Shown piece by piece: positions 37,180-49,484 of a DNA stretch of 60,000 nt; the first letter of the stretch is position 1; every line of letters starts with the position of its first letter. Under the pieces are notes generated by a model, which was given only the letters and a program-made list of their open reading frames with translations, did not search any database and was not told the origin of the DNA. The position numbers and the translations under genes were made by a program. The stretch comes from Botryllus schlosseri (lineage: Eukaryota): NCBI GenBank assembly GCA_051294905.1, contig CM119371.1:13828001-13888000 (forward strand). Reading direction: 5' to 3'.

Positions 37180-37776
37180 CAGGGTTGCCATACAGTTCGT
37201 ATTTCTAAGATTTGTCCTTATTTTTTGTCACGTTATAGAAAACTCACTGTCCCTATTTCTAAGAAATGTCCTTCTTTTCGACTTGCGTCCTTATTTTGTC
37301 TTATTTTCAACAACTACAAAACTTCGATCGTTTTCTTTTGGTATCTGTGTTGCATAATATTCTAAAATTATGCTTTTGGGTCGAGATTTTATAACATCAT
37401 AAATAAAAGGAACTCCCGTGGCGTACACACCACAGGATTTGAATTCTGAGTGGTGAGATAGCTGGGGCAGTGAATGGTATAGTAGTCTCAGCTGTACCAA
37501 GCTATCACAGTGGACGTCATTTTAGTAGTAAACAGCAGCAGCAGGTGTCTATGCCGTCTGGTCGGCAGGATAAGCTGTGGGGAAGGCAGCATTTATTGTG
37601 TACTGGAAAAGGGCACAATGGAGTCGACACTTCGGCTAAAAAGTAGTAAAGCTATTATTCATTGATAAATTTATCTGAATTATATTGCACATATAGTTTC
37701 AGCTACTAATAATCTGTTGAGTTAAAATGAGCATGCGTAAAAATGTTTTTCGTGACGATTATGAGAGATAGTTCAA
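37180..37776 (-). mobile_element. Partial copy of the CAGGGTTGCCAT element, inverted relative to 14876-16842
   Basis: Reverse complement of ~15280-15598 joined to 16597-16842, i.e. lacking the nested MITE. Confidence 0.8.
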
Positions 37777-38351
37777 TGATCAGTACTCTTCGTACACCCC
37801 ATGGTGTATCATAATTTTAAAGGGTTTAGGCTACCACTCGGATCCGCAATAATGAACCGATGAGACGATGACTATAGCTATCACAATAAATACGCCAGTT
37901 TATGCTTCAGAACAGGTTGACTGGATATGTAATATCGTAGAATGTGATGTCATAAGCAATTCTTTCTCGTCATTCAACCTTTGGTAATGAACTTATTGGT
38001 TCCTTCTAAAGTAGAAAAAGGTGAAGTTAGCATGTATTCAGCTTGCAATATCTGTCTGATGATTCTCCAGGAAACCATCACATACAGCCCATACATTTTG
38101 AATTGGTGCTTTCATGCGGTAACTTTATAAATAGCGCAGAATACATGATTGCTTGGCCAGGGGGTCGAGTTTGCGAAGCACTGCGTTAGATGGTGGTCCA
38201 GTAACCTCGAGCCCTGATTCGTATTTGGCAGTCCTATACGTTGCAGCCTTGCTCAAATGTTCACCCTTATTTCGATTAGGCCAGGGGTGCTCAGCCAGCG
38301 GACGTACGGCCACATTCAGCCGTAAAACCATAATTTTGCGACCGTCTACAC

Positions 38352-38548
38352 CAGTGGTTCTTAACCTTGCCTCCAGCGCCCCCCAAGGGGCGCTGGCGAT
38401 TTTCAAGGGGGCGGAAACGCTCAGGGGGCGATATGGGGGCGCTGGGCTCAGGAGCGCGATATGGGGGGCGCTGAAGAAAAATGGCTTCGCAGTAGATGAT
38501 GATGTAGTAGTAGAACATATCCTTAATGAGTTTTCAGAGCAAATTAAC
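38352..38548 (+). mobile_element. Left end of a CAGTGGTTCTTAACC hAT-type MITE; inverted sister copy at 44158-44350
   Basis: ~200-bp near-identity in inverted orientation; flanks do not form a TSD. Confidence 0.75.
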
Positions 38549-38783
38549 ATTCCACAAAACATATCAAATCTCGAAATGGTTGGTCGCGCTACGCGTTGAC
38601 GTTTGCTACATATGTTTTCATAAATGTAGTGGGTTATTATAATTCATATAAAATGGATTGCGCGTACTTTTAGATCGACACTTTCCCGTTAAAACATCAC
38701 CGTCACGCTTGCTAGGGTTATTTTAAACAAAATTTTTCGAACTAGGTATTATATCCTGCAGCGCACAGCGTGTATACGGATAT

Positions 38784-39303
38784 TAGGGCTGTTCAAAAAT
38801 AACCTTTTTCCTGAATCTTGCTGATTACTTTCAAGATTAAATCGTTAGGTTGCCTTAAAAAACAACGCACACCAAATATGAATTCATTCCAACCAATATT
38901 CGCGGATTTCGTAGAGTTTGAAAATTTTGAATTTGCCTAAAAATGCAAAATGTTATTCAAGTTTTTTGATGATAATTCTGGGATGATCCACCAATAAAGG
39001 ATAATCCCAGAATTATCAAAGAAAAACTGATATAACTCCACTTCTACGGCTTCGAATTGAGTCAAATTTGTTTTGCATCGTTTTTGAAGACAGCGCAACA
39101 ATTTCATGGGGTTGGCAGAAAAATTTGAAAAATTTTTTTTTTTGCATTTTTAGGCAAATTCAAAATTTTCAAACTCTACGAAATCCACAAATATTGGTTG
39201 GAATGAATTCAAATTTGGTGTGCGTCGTTTTTTAAGGCAACCTAACGATTTAATCAAGTAATCAGCAAGATTCAGGAAAAAAGGTTAATTTTGAACAGCC
39301 CTA
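38784..39303. mobile_element. hAT-type MITE with ~165-bp TIRs and an internal hairpin
   Basis: TAGGGCTGTTCAAAA...TTTTGAACAGCCCTA; TSD acggatat/atggatat; hairpin gataattctgggat...atcccagaattatc. Confidence 0.9.
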
Positions 39304-40293
39304 ATGGATATCTAAGGAGACATTGTACATTAATTTTGAGAGTGAGAGCCCCTTTTACATAAAATATGCTTTGAAGCTTTGTGCACGAAATAAATAACTA
39401 AATATACTTGTATTTGGGAGCTACAAAATTAAATCGTCAAAATATTTCTTCATCGTTTCATAAAGGATGATAATATCCCCGTATTGCCAATCGCAGATGT
39501 GAATTCGGGATGCGTACATCTGGTTCGAACCACAGGGTATGAGACCGTACGCGATTGTTGTTATAACAACCTGGATTTGACCCTGAATATACCACATGCA
39601 ATCATTATATGGTTTATTATTGTCGAGTTGTCCTCGAGCGCGAATTAATCGCGAAATTTTTCCAATATTAAAGTCCCGAAAAGACCGACTGGATTTGACC
39701 TCTTACCATGACCGAAACTGCCGCAACCCAAACTGACAATCGCGCGGGGGAGGGGGGTTGGGAGCTCGAAGGGCGCCCTAAATTATTGCGGTGAATGAAC
39801 ATAAATTACACATCATGTTTTGACAACTCCCCCACGAAAAAATACGCATAATTATAGAAAATAGAAATAGGCATTTCGGCGTCGGTCATTACCACGCCAC
39901 GATGCATATGAAGTTCCTGCCAATATGGGTCTCCGAGAAGTGTGCCAAAAAGATTGTCAGCGAGAAAACCTTAGCAGAAGAGGATTGCCCTTATGTTGAT
40001 CGTAAACTTCGATGTAGGCCTATATAAGTCTAGATGTCCATTGGTGTTTAAATCGCCCGTGCCGAGTTATCATGTCGTCACAATCTGCACCCCACTGGAC
40101 AAATAACATCCATCACAGAACAAATTATTTGCCAGTGAAGAAATACCAATTTTGAACCATGTGCTTATTCAAGTTTAATACGTCTATGTGTTTCAATATC
40201 TTTTGACTATATAGCGGACAAGAGGTAACAAAATAACAACATGTAATGATGTAATTGTAGCAACGAGCACGCCCGAATATTTTTAATTATTAA

Positions 40294-40557
40294 TTACGTC
40301 TGCGGGCTGTCTTGGTCCAATACGACTTCTGGAGCAGTAAGCGAGTTTCGCTGATCACAAGGATCGGTGTCGTCAAGTTCAACATGTTCCGCAGCGGCTC
40401 TTGACTCGATTTCATCTCGGTTCTTCGGATAGGGCGCTAAATCTTTCACCGAAACTCTCGATTCCGTACCATTGCGATAACGGACAGAGGCATACTTCGA
40501 ATTTGCATCCAGCAAATCCACGGGCTCAAGGCTTCATCCTTGCTTCTGACGTGCTTG
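40294..40557 (-). mobile_element. Gypsy integrase C-terminal fragment
   Basis: KHVRSKDEA..PVDLLDANSKYASVRYRNGTESRVSVKDLAP (with frameshift). Confidence 0.7.
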
Positions 40558-41895
40558 CAGGGCCGTAACAGCACTTCGTCAGCCCCCCCCCCCCCAAAAA
40601 AAAAAAACGTTGGACTTGGGCCCCCCATATGGTGATAAACCTGACTTCTGGGGGGCTTCGCACCCCAGACCCCCCTCAGGCTGTACGCAGTTTACCGCTG
40701 CTTATCATCTTTAATGGGTTTCCGTTCCGTGAGTAACATTTACACGACTAACCGCGCGGAGCGCGAAAAATTTGTAAAGATCATGATTGAATCGGTCCAT
40801 ATGGTCGATAATTTCATATATATTGCTATCAGTTTTTATCCTCTCTCTGCTCACGTAATCAGATTTACCGGTAGAGCGGAGTGAGGGGGGTGTGAAAAAG
40901 TAGGACCACTCAAATAATGATAATTAAACATCTCCGGGCGTATACCTGTTGGCAGGAACGAAACAGCACTACGTCAGGTCCCCAAAAAAACTTGGCTCTT
41001 CGGCTCCCATAGGGTGATAAACCGACCGGGAATTGCATATAAATTGCCATCAATTTCTTGTCCTCTCTGCTCGCGTAATCAGATTTACCGGTATAGAGCT
41101 GAATGAGGTGTCTTGGAAATTGTAGGGCCCGTAAAAAATAATTAAACACCTTCGGGCGGGCGGACCCGTTGGTATGACTTCGTTACATGATGTTATTTCA
41201 TGACCTCAGCAATATCAAAAAATGAAGAATCGCATTAACGTACTAAACCAAGGGAGTCAAACATACGGTCCGCGGGCCGCATCCGGCCAGCCAGATGATT
41301 TCATCCGGCCCGCGAAGCAATTTCGAGTAGTAGTAGTAGTATAGTTGAGATTACTAAGAAATATTTCAAATAAATAATCCCTCAAGACATTAAATGTCGA
41401 GTATGTTCATCGGTCACTTTATATAGCGACCAGGCTGCAAAGTTGTGGTTTCTAGCCACCATTAAGAACAAGTTGTTACATTGACACCCAATTAGTAGAA
41501 CGAAATATATTGCATATTAAGATCAGAGCTTTTTGACAAACTGATCATAAACGAGTTATTCACAGGAGCGAAAACGACAATGCGAAGCCCTTATGCAGGT
41601 TACATAGAGATTATAATAGTTACACATAAATATGAGTTGAAATGATTGTGGTCGCACTACCGCTTCACTTCTAATTCACCCGAATCGCGATATAATAATG
41701 ATGAAGCTAATTGCAACGTTCGCGTTTACAGCTAAAACTTTTGTATTCCTTACACCGCATACGCACGGTCGACGACATTATACGACTAAAACAAAGGCAG
41801 TATAGAAATATAAGAAATATAAGCGTGAAATACGTGAAACGCTTATATATCATCGTTAGGGCCACTGTTCTATCGGTTTATGACTGTATTTAGCC

Positions 41896-42335
41896 TAGGC
41901 TTACCATACGTCCTCTTTTAAGAGGATTTGTCCTCTTTTTTGACTTTTTTGAAAGTGTCCTCGGAGGACGCCCTTTTGTCCTCTTTTTTGAGATTTTGTC
42001 CTCTTTTTTGGAAATTTAGGTCAGATTTAGAGCAAATTGCGAGTGATATGCCGTAAATTATCACAGAAGTGACGCTCCGGCGGGTATTTCGGAGTGAAAA
42101 ACGGTGATTTTAGCTTTGAGCGAAAAGACGACCTTTTTTTTAGTCATCCACCTGGCAATGAGGAGAGAAAAACGGTACTTTGAGCTCTGAGCGGAAAAGA
42201 TGACCTTTTTTTTTTAGTCAACCGATCGCAAAGTGGGAAAAATTCACCGGTTTTTGAGTATTCTACTCCGGTTTTGCAAGTTGCAAATTTCTGAAAAAGT
42301 GTCCTCTTTTTAGATTTCCAAATTATGGTAAGCCT
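41896..42335. mobile_element. hAT-type MITE (TAGGCTTACCATA family)
   Basis: TIR TAGGCTTACCATA/TATGGTAAGCCT; partial TSD (at)ttagcc; highly similar to 46051-46398. Confidence 0.85.
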
Positions 42336-43595
42336 TTAGCCGCCCAATCTTCGTATCATTGCCAATTTCATTGTTTGCGAATAAAGGTGTTGCGAGAATT
42401 AAACCGCTATGATCCGTAATCTAATGTCACATACTGTGGTGTAGTGTAGGGTAGGCCAAGTATTCAAATGAAAAACAATGACATTGATTTTGAGGTATTA
42501 TTTTGGAATCCTTTAAATCAGTGGTTCTTAACCTTTTTTTCCTCCAGCGCCCCCTTTCAAAGATTATCGTGCTCCAGCGCCCCCCAACTTCATATTGTAA
42601 GGAATGTAATAAAGGCAATGAGTAAGAGGAAGAGCCGTAACAGCACTTCGTCAACCCCCCTAAAACGATTGCCTTGCGCACCCATAGCGTGATAAACCAA
42701 ACTTCGGAGGGCTTCGCCCCCAAGAACCCCGTAGCGTGATTTCGATGGTCAGCAAAGGTTGTGTGGCCTGGTCGCCCTAGGTGCCAAAATTTTCTATAAT
42801 GCATGAATGAATAGGTGGTAATTACATATATATGTCGCTATAAACTATTTATCCTCTCAGCCCACGTAATAAGATTTACCAGTAGCGCTGAGTGAGCTGT
42901 TGTATTAGAAAATAAAGGGCACGTAATTAATAATTAAACATATTCGGGCGTGCCCGTACGTATACAATTAATTCGTTACCAGGGCCGTAACAGCACTTCG
43001 TCAGCCCCCCCCCCCCAAAAAAAAAACGTTGGTCTTGGGCCCACCATAGGGTGATAAACCATTGGGTATCCGTGTACTGAGCCAGCTATTCTCGTCTAGA
43101 CGCGCGAAGCGCGAAAAATTTCAAAAATTATTGATTGAATTGGTCAATATGATCGGGAATTGCGTATATATTGATATCAATTTTTATCCTCTCTCTGCTC
43201 ACGTAAACAGATTTACAGGTAGAGCTGAGTGATGTGTGATTGAAAAGGTAGGAAACCTCAATAATAATATACAACATCTTCGGGCGTATACCCACTGGCA
43301 GGAACGAAACGACACTTCGTCAGGCCTCCCGATAAAACTTGAGTCTTTGGCTCCCATAGAGTGATAAACCGACCGACCGACCCCCACCCCCCACCCCCCT
43401 CACGTTGTTCGCTTTTGCCACGAAATCAGCTGAACTGTTTAGCGAGCCAGTGCAAAGCGCGAAAATTTTCGATAATTCATGATAAAATCGGTTAATAAGA
43501 TCGGGAATTGCATAGCCTATATATTGCTATCAAATTCTTGTCCTCTCTGCTCAGTGCTCACGTTACCAGAATTACAGGTAGAGCTGAGTGAGGTG

Positions 43596-43763
43596 CAATG
43601 TTTCCTCTAAGCTGCGCACGTGCGCAGTGCTGACACGGTCTTTGTGCACAACAAATCCGAAGTTATGACCCTTTTTTAGTCGTTAATAAGCACTGTTGTC
43701 CAAGGGTCTGCGCAGTGAGTTGGTGAGTGTGCGCAGACTCGTCAAACCGTACAGGGAACATTG
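43596..43763. mobile_element. Short MITE
   Basis: Ends CAATGTTTCCT/AGGGAACATTG; interrupts a subrepeat that is uninterrupted at ~41104. Confidence 0.65.
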
Positions 43764-43917
43764 TGTGGCGTATTAGAAACTGTAGGGCCCGTAACTAATA
43801 ATTAAACATATTCGGGCGGGCGGACCCGTTGGTATGAATTCGTTGCATGATGTTATTTCGTGACCTCTTGTCTGCTATATAAAAAATATAGAATCGCGCA
43901 AAAGGGATATCGCCCAA

Positions 43918-43951
43918 CAGGGATATCTATAGTTCTATATATATATCCCTG
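43918..43951. mobile_element. 34-bp palindromic micro-insertion with 8-bp TSD
   Basis: TCGCCCAA-cagggatatctatagttctatatatatatccctg-TCGCCCAA. Confidence 0.75.
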
Positions 43952-45504
43952 TCGCCCAATCGTACTAAACTAAAAGACGCACACGATTTCAAATTGGTAT
44001 TTCTTCACTGGCATATAATTTTTCCTTGCCAGATGGAATTCGTCTTCTGAGGTTCAGATTGCCGAGACAGGAACATTCGGTGCCGGTCATTTAGGTGCCT
44101 ATGGACAATTAAACATATATATGTCTTCTGTATGCTATATATAACGAAGTTTTCGGCGTTAATTCGCTCTGAATACTCATTAAGGATATGTCCTACTACC
44201 ACATCATATACTGCGAAGCCATTTTCTCCAGCGCCCCCATACCGCCCCCCTGAGCCCAACGCCCCCCATATCGCCCCCTGAGCGTTTCCGCCCCCTTCAA
44301 AATCGCCAGCGCCCCTTGGGGGGCGCTAGAGGCAAGGTTAAGAACCACTGCTTTAAATGGTGCGGCCCGCGAGCTATCTGAAGGTTTCAATCCGGCCCGC
44401 GAAGTCACTTGAGTTTGACACCCCTGTACTAAACTAAAAGACGCACACGATTTCAAATTGGTATTTCTTCACCGGCATATAATTTTTCCGTGCGGGATGG
44501 TATTTGTCTTGTGAGGTTCAGATTACCAAGACAGGAACATTCGTCGCTAGTCATTTAGGCGCCTATGGACAATTAAACCTATATGTATCAGCATAAGCGC
44601 AGTCCTTTTCGCTGCCGATCGTTCTGGCACACCTCTTGGAGTCGCATGTTACATGACCTCAAACTTTATATATTGGTGCGTAGTGGCGCGGTAATCGCCA
44701 ACGCCGATATGCCTACTTTTATAAATCTTGCGTATTTTTTCTTGGGTTGGGTGAAGAGTACCCAATAATTAAGATATTCGGCAACTTGAAATCGCGCGGA
44801 ACGCGAAAAGTTTTTGAAAAAGCTGCATAAATTTCAAAAAAATACTGTTTAATTTATGTTAATTCACGAAATAATTTTGGGCCCCCTTCGAGCTCGCCCC
44901 CCCCCCCCCAATTGGGGGGTTTGGGGTGCGGTAGTTACGGTCCTGCTGCTATGTCAGAAGATATGGAAATAGTCAAAACGTACCAAACTAAAAGACGCTC
45001 ATGATTTCATATTGGTATATCTTTACTGGCAAATAATTTTTTCCTTACGGGGTGGCATTTGTCCTGTTGGCTTAAGGTCACCAGTACAGGAACTTCGACG
45101 CCAGCCATTGAGGCGCCTATAGACAATTAAACATATATGTATATTGTATATATATCGAAGTTTTCGGTCTTCTCGCTGCTGATCGTTCCGGCCCACTTCT
45201 CGGAGTCGCATGTTACATGGCCTCTAACTTCATATGTCTTGGTGCGTCGTGGCACAGTAATGGCCGACCCTGAAGTCTCCCATTTCCATAAATCATGCGT
45301 ATTTTTGTTGGGTGACGGGGACCCCAACATCAAGATACATGAAAATATGAAATCGCGCACAGCGCGAAAAAATTATGAAAAAGTCGCATGAATTTCTAAG
45401 AAATTACTCTATCGTTCATGTTAATTCACGAAATAATTTTGGGCTTCCTTAGATTTCGGGCCCCCACCCCCAATTGGGGGGTTTGGGGTGCGGTAGTTAC
45501 GGTA

Positions 45505-45663
45505 CCGACTCCAATATAGCCGTTTTAACGCGCCATCGCCCCCTATCGCCCCCTTCGTTGTTTTCGCCCCCTTCGTCCGTTTTCGCCCCCTTCGTTATTT
45601 TCGCCCCCCTAGACCGCCAAATCGCCCCCTGGGGGGCGATATCGCCCACGTTGGGAACCATTG
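45505..45663. mobile_element. Right end of a hAT-type MITE abutting the truncated kelch remnant
   Basis: tcgccccc subterminal arrays ending GTTGGGAACCATTG. Confidence 0.7.
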
Positions 45664-45741
45664 GTGTAGCATCAAAATGGAAAAAGATCAATCTTTCGGT
45701 ATTTGCGGTCTGCAATAGTGAAGATATCGTCAAGCCTCCAG
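45664..45741 (+). pseudogene. 3'-terminal remnant of a third kelch-like paralog
   Basis: gtgtagcatcaaaatggaaaaagatcaatctttcggtatttgcggtctgcaatagtgaagatatcgtcaagcctccag aligns to 4016-4094 with a 1-nt deletion and TAG changed to CAG. Confidence 0.85.
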
Positions 45742-46050
45742 TCTACTGGACCACGGCCTGACATATCGATCTTTCCTTCCGAAACATACCACCTCTTTTT
45801 ATCGCCTGTCCTTTTATATTATCTTCTTTTACTTTTCATTCAGTGTGCATGCCTCCTTTCTACATCGCCTATGCCCGGGTGGGGGTCTGATTTCAAAGAC
45901 TACTCCATGTCTTTCGACTCCTTCTGTTTTCATTGTATCGCAGTCTTGTGGTGTATTGAAATTGTAATAATAAATTGAATTGATCTGGTTCTATATGACT
46001 AGTAATTACTGCCAAACATTTTCTTGTGTGCCTTGACTTTGTATTTATAC

Positions 46051-46398
46051 TAGGCTTACCATACGTCCTCTTTTAAGAGGATTTGTCCTCTTTTTTGACT
46101 TTTTTGAAAGTGTCCTCGGAGGATGCCCTTTTGTCCTCTTTTTTGAAAAGTTAGGTCAGATTTACAGGAAATTGCGAGTGATATGCCGCAAATTAGCCCA
46201 GAAGTTAAGCTCCGGCGGGTATTTCGGAGTGAAAAACGGTGCTTTTAGCTCTGAGCGAAAAGATGACCTTTTTTTTCAGTCAACCGATCACAAAGTGAGA
46301 AAACTTTACCGGTTTTTAAGAATACTTCTCCGGTTTTGCATGTCTGAAATTTCTGAAAACCTGTCCTCTTTTTACATTTCCAAAATATGGTAAGCCTA
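46051..46398. mobile_element. hAT-type MITE (TAGGCTTACCATA family)
   Basis: 13-bp perfect TIRs; perfect TSD ATTTATAC; empty site atttatgc at 4392-4399. Confidence 0.95.
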
Positions 46399-47584
46399 AT
46401 TTATACCCTGTATTCTGTGCAATTCTGTGCAATTTATTTGACTAAATTACAGCGAAATTCCGGTAAACTAACTTGTGAAACCTTTTTTTGCATTAATTCT
46501 CATCTAATTTCTGGTTTCCCTGGAAATGCTACAGGAAAACTGTATAAAGCAAAACGAGTCAAGTTCGCTGTACAGTCAGTTGATATCCTATTGCTCACAA
46601 CAATTATCTGATTTGATATTAACGGGAATTGATTCGATGTCCAAGTTTTCATGAATTCAGCAATTCTAATCTAATTTCGAAGAAATTGTGTAGCTTTTTC
46701 TAAAATTGGAAAAAACTGTATTGCTGTAATTCTAAATTTTCCAGTTGTGCAAGTCTGGCTCGGTGATGTACCCGCCTTTGTAAATCTCCTCCCTGGATAG
46801 TCAATCTGCTCTCGATGAATTTAGACGTTGGATTGTCATTGGAAGTTCGTCGTAATATGTTGACTGTTCTAGCAAGACCTACAACGTAACTCTGACGTGG
46901 ACTAAATATGAATGTTTTTTGTTCACGCATGCATCCTTGAAGCCCCTTTTTCCCCTTCCAGCATAATAAGAAATATATACCCTGGACTGTGCAAGACTGA
47001 CGTATCAGGATTTCAATCGATGTACGTTCCGAGCATTTCAGACCTTACAACTTATTCGGTATAACGTAACTGACTCGTGTCGAAAATGTTCACATTGGTC
47101 ACTCTTAATGAACTCATTCAGTAAGTCGCTGACATATATTGTCAATTTGTTTCATGTCATATGAATATAAATTACGAAGTCTTAAACGCTGTTGCTGAAA
47201 ATGTCACTGAAGCTTGAGACAGTGTCTTGCAACATGAGTTGGTCCGTCATGCCAGTCAGGTCAAAGGTAGAGTAAGATACGACGCCCAGAAATGATCCAA
47301 TCCCAAGTTCTCAACCCTGACCGAAGATACACTCAGTATATCCAGAACAGTGTTTATGAGGAAATGCAACCTTCCGCGAGGGTGAAGCTGCAAAATGATG
47401 TATTCGTTAGAAGTAGCTGTGAATAATATACAATACGTTGACGGATAAGCATGATTTTGAGCCAACTAAATATTTATCGTAGTTTCTCCGGAATGATGAA
47501 ACCCAAAATAAGATGAAAAGGTCAAACAGAATAGAAAGTTGTAAATTTTTGTCCTTTATATTATTGCGTCATATAAATTGACTC

Positions 47585-47815
47585 ATTATATACACACACA
47601 CAATCTGTGCATATGCATACCATGAGTGCATGATGTAAGTATGCCGCTGGACAAGTTAACCGCAGATATATCCTTGTAAGGCTTTCTAAGTCTTGCACCA
47701 CTCCTCCATACTATACCAGTAATGCTGAGCGCCGAGCGGGGATGTCATGGATACCAGTGTTGCTAATCAGGTCTTTGGTGCCAGACGCTCCACCGTTACG
47801 CTATCTCGTCGGCCA
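47585..47815 (-). mobile_element. Duplicate of the 5575-5846 SINE with the B box deleted
   Basis: Same head (acgctatctcgtcgg) and (CA)n end at the orthologous position. Confidence 0.75.
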
Positions 47816-48676
47816 CTTGCAGCAGCTTGCAGACACGATCATTAAATTAGTAAGATGCGGGTAAAAAGTGTAGGGTGGAGTGCTTATTTTTTCACGACAC
47901 CTATATCAAAATTCACTGGAAACCAGAGAGCAATATTCATTGCATTATTTTTTGTAAGCTCGGAATTGTGCACATGCTGGATGTAGGTGTACGTTGGGTG
48001 AATATATCTGGTCTGCCGATGGGAAAGAGAGCAAAACGTTACAAGAGATAACATATGGACATGAAATTTCATGGGGTTTCACTTGACTAATCCAACACTG
48101 CAATTTTCAACATTGTGGAATGAATGTTTGCTGTAGTCAATTCTGGATATGTTGCAGTACTTCATCAAAACTGGTCACCTGAAGTCAGCACGTTTCCTGA
48201 ATATTCTGATATCGAGATCTTGTCTTTTGGCAGGTGACAAAGCTGAAAAATAGACTTCACTTCTTAAATGCGACTTGGACAAAAGAACAATGAAATTTAG
48301 CAGTTGTTCCACCTTGAACACAAAAATGTTAGAAATGCTTTCATTTCGTGAAGAAAATGTGGGAGATATTTCACTTTGATTTATTTATTCTATATGTTAC
48401 GGAGATGTCGTCGTGTGCGTTAATGAGATTTACAAAGATTTGGTTGATCATTGATCGCTGCCCAGTGAACAATGTCGCATCAGCGACCTATTTAACCATC
48501 TAATAAAAGAGATCAACCACAATCGCCACTATTGAATACAGAGGAGTAAAATGTAGATCTAACCTTGGAGAGTAGGCTACTAAAAACTTATCGTCGCAAT
48601 AGTTCTAGGTACAAATCAGATCATTCATCAAATGCTGACCGATGGATGAATAGCACGCCAACACTCGGCTGTACGA

Positions 48677-49451
48677 CAGTGTTGGAATCAAGTCACTACC
48701 TTCGAGTCACGAGTCATTGCACATTTTGACTCGAGTCAGGTCAAGTCACGAGTCAAGTTGCCTTTTCGAAGTATGAGGCATGATTACGTCATTGCATTTT
48801 GCTAGCTGTCTGAAATACAGTTTGACTGGTCATTGAATCTGAACCGATGATCGAATGAAGAGGTAAATATACACGCAAGCGAGCGTTGCATCGCTCGCAT
48901 ATACGTAGAACCGTTAACCTACGTAAGTAATTTCATAGCTTCAGTCTTTAGTTACCAGCCAAGTTAGAGAACCTAATTAATTAGACGCAATACATGATCC
49001 ATTTACATACTGATATGATACAATTCGAGCCCGCGCCAATTGTTGAGGTGTATATAAACTATATTCGAATTCAATTTCAGTAAAACAAGAGGTTTGGCGA
49101 AAAGAGAACAGAAATGGTCATTTTGGTAATAAATTACTTTACTACTAGTTGACGACAACGTTTGAGGTCAAATGATTTGTGAGAGAACAATGGAGGCGCA
49201 GTAAAACACACGATCATCGAGTGATTGGTCGCGCTCACGTGTTACACCAGCGTTTCGCGAACATATGGAATATACAGTGATTTTATTGACGCCGATTACT
49301 TGGTGACTTGACATTTGACTCGTGAAATTTGCTCCGAGTCACGAGTCAATGCACATTTCTGATACTCCGAGTCAAGTCAAGTCATTTTAAGAAAGTGACT
49401 CGAGTCAAGTCAAGTCATGCGAAAAAGAAGACTCGAGTCATCCCAACACTG
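48677..49451. mobile_element. hAT-type MITE (CAGTGTTGG family)
   Basis: TIR CAGTGTTGG/CCAACACTG; TSD ctgtacga/ctgtacaa. Confidence 0.9.
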
Positions 49452-49484
49452 CTGTACAATGTCGATTTTGAGGTCTGTTTACAT

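Larger units (their letters stand above)
41249..44426. mobile_element. hAT (Charlie-like) MITE carrying further nested elements
   Basis: Ends CAAGGGAGTCAAAC / GTTTGACACCCCTG; gcggcccgcg subterminal motifs; perfect TSD TACTAAAC. Confidence 0.85.
40558..44945. mobile_element. CAGGGCCGTAAC-family DNA transposon, expanded by nested insertions
   Basis: Ends CAGGGCCGTAAC / GTTACGGTCCTG; internal subrepeats tcctctctgctcacgtaatcagatttaccggtagagctgagtga; right half repeated at 44979-45505. Confidence 0.7.

Noticed and set aside
38125..38599. 145-148 aa ORFs on both strands
   Set aside because: They span GC-rich MITE ends; the same peptide recurs at 44196-44456 only because the repeat does
38352..44350. 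One 6-kb element with 200-bp TIRs
   Set aside because: Flanks gtctacac/ctttaaat do not match, and the right arm lies inside another TSD-bounded element
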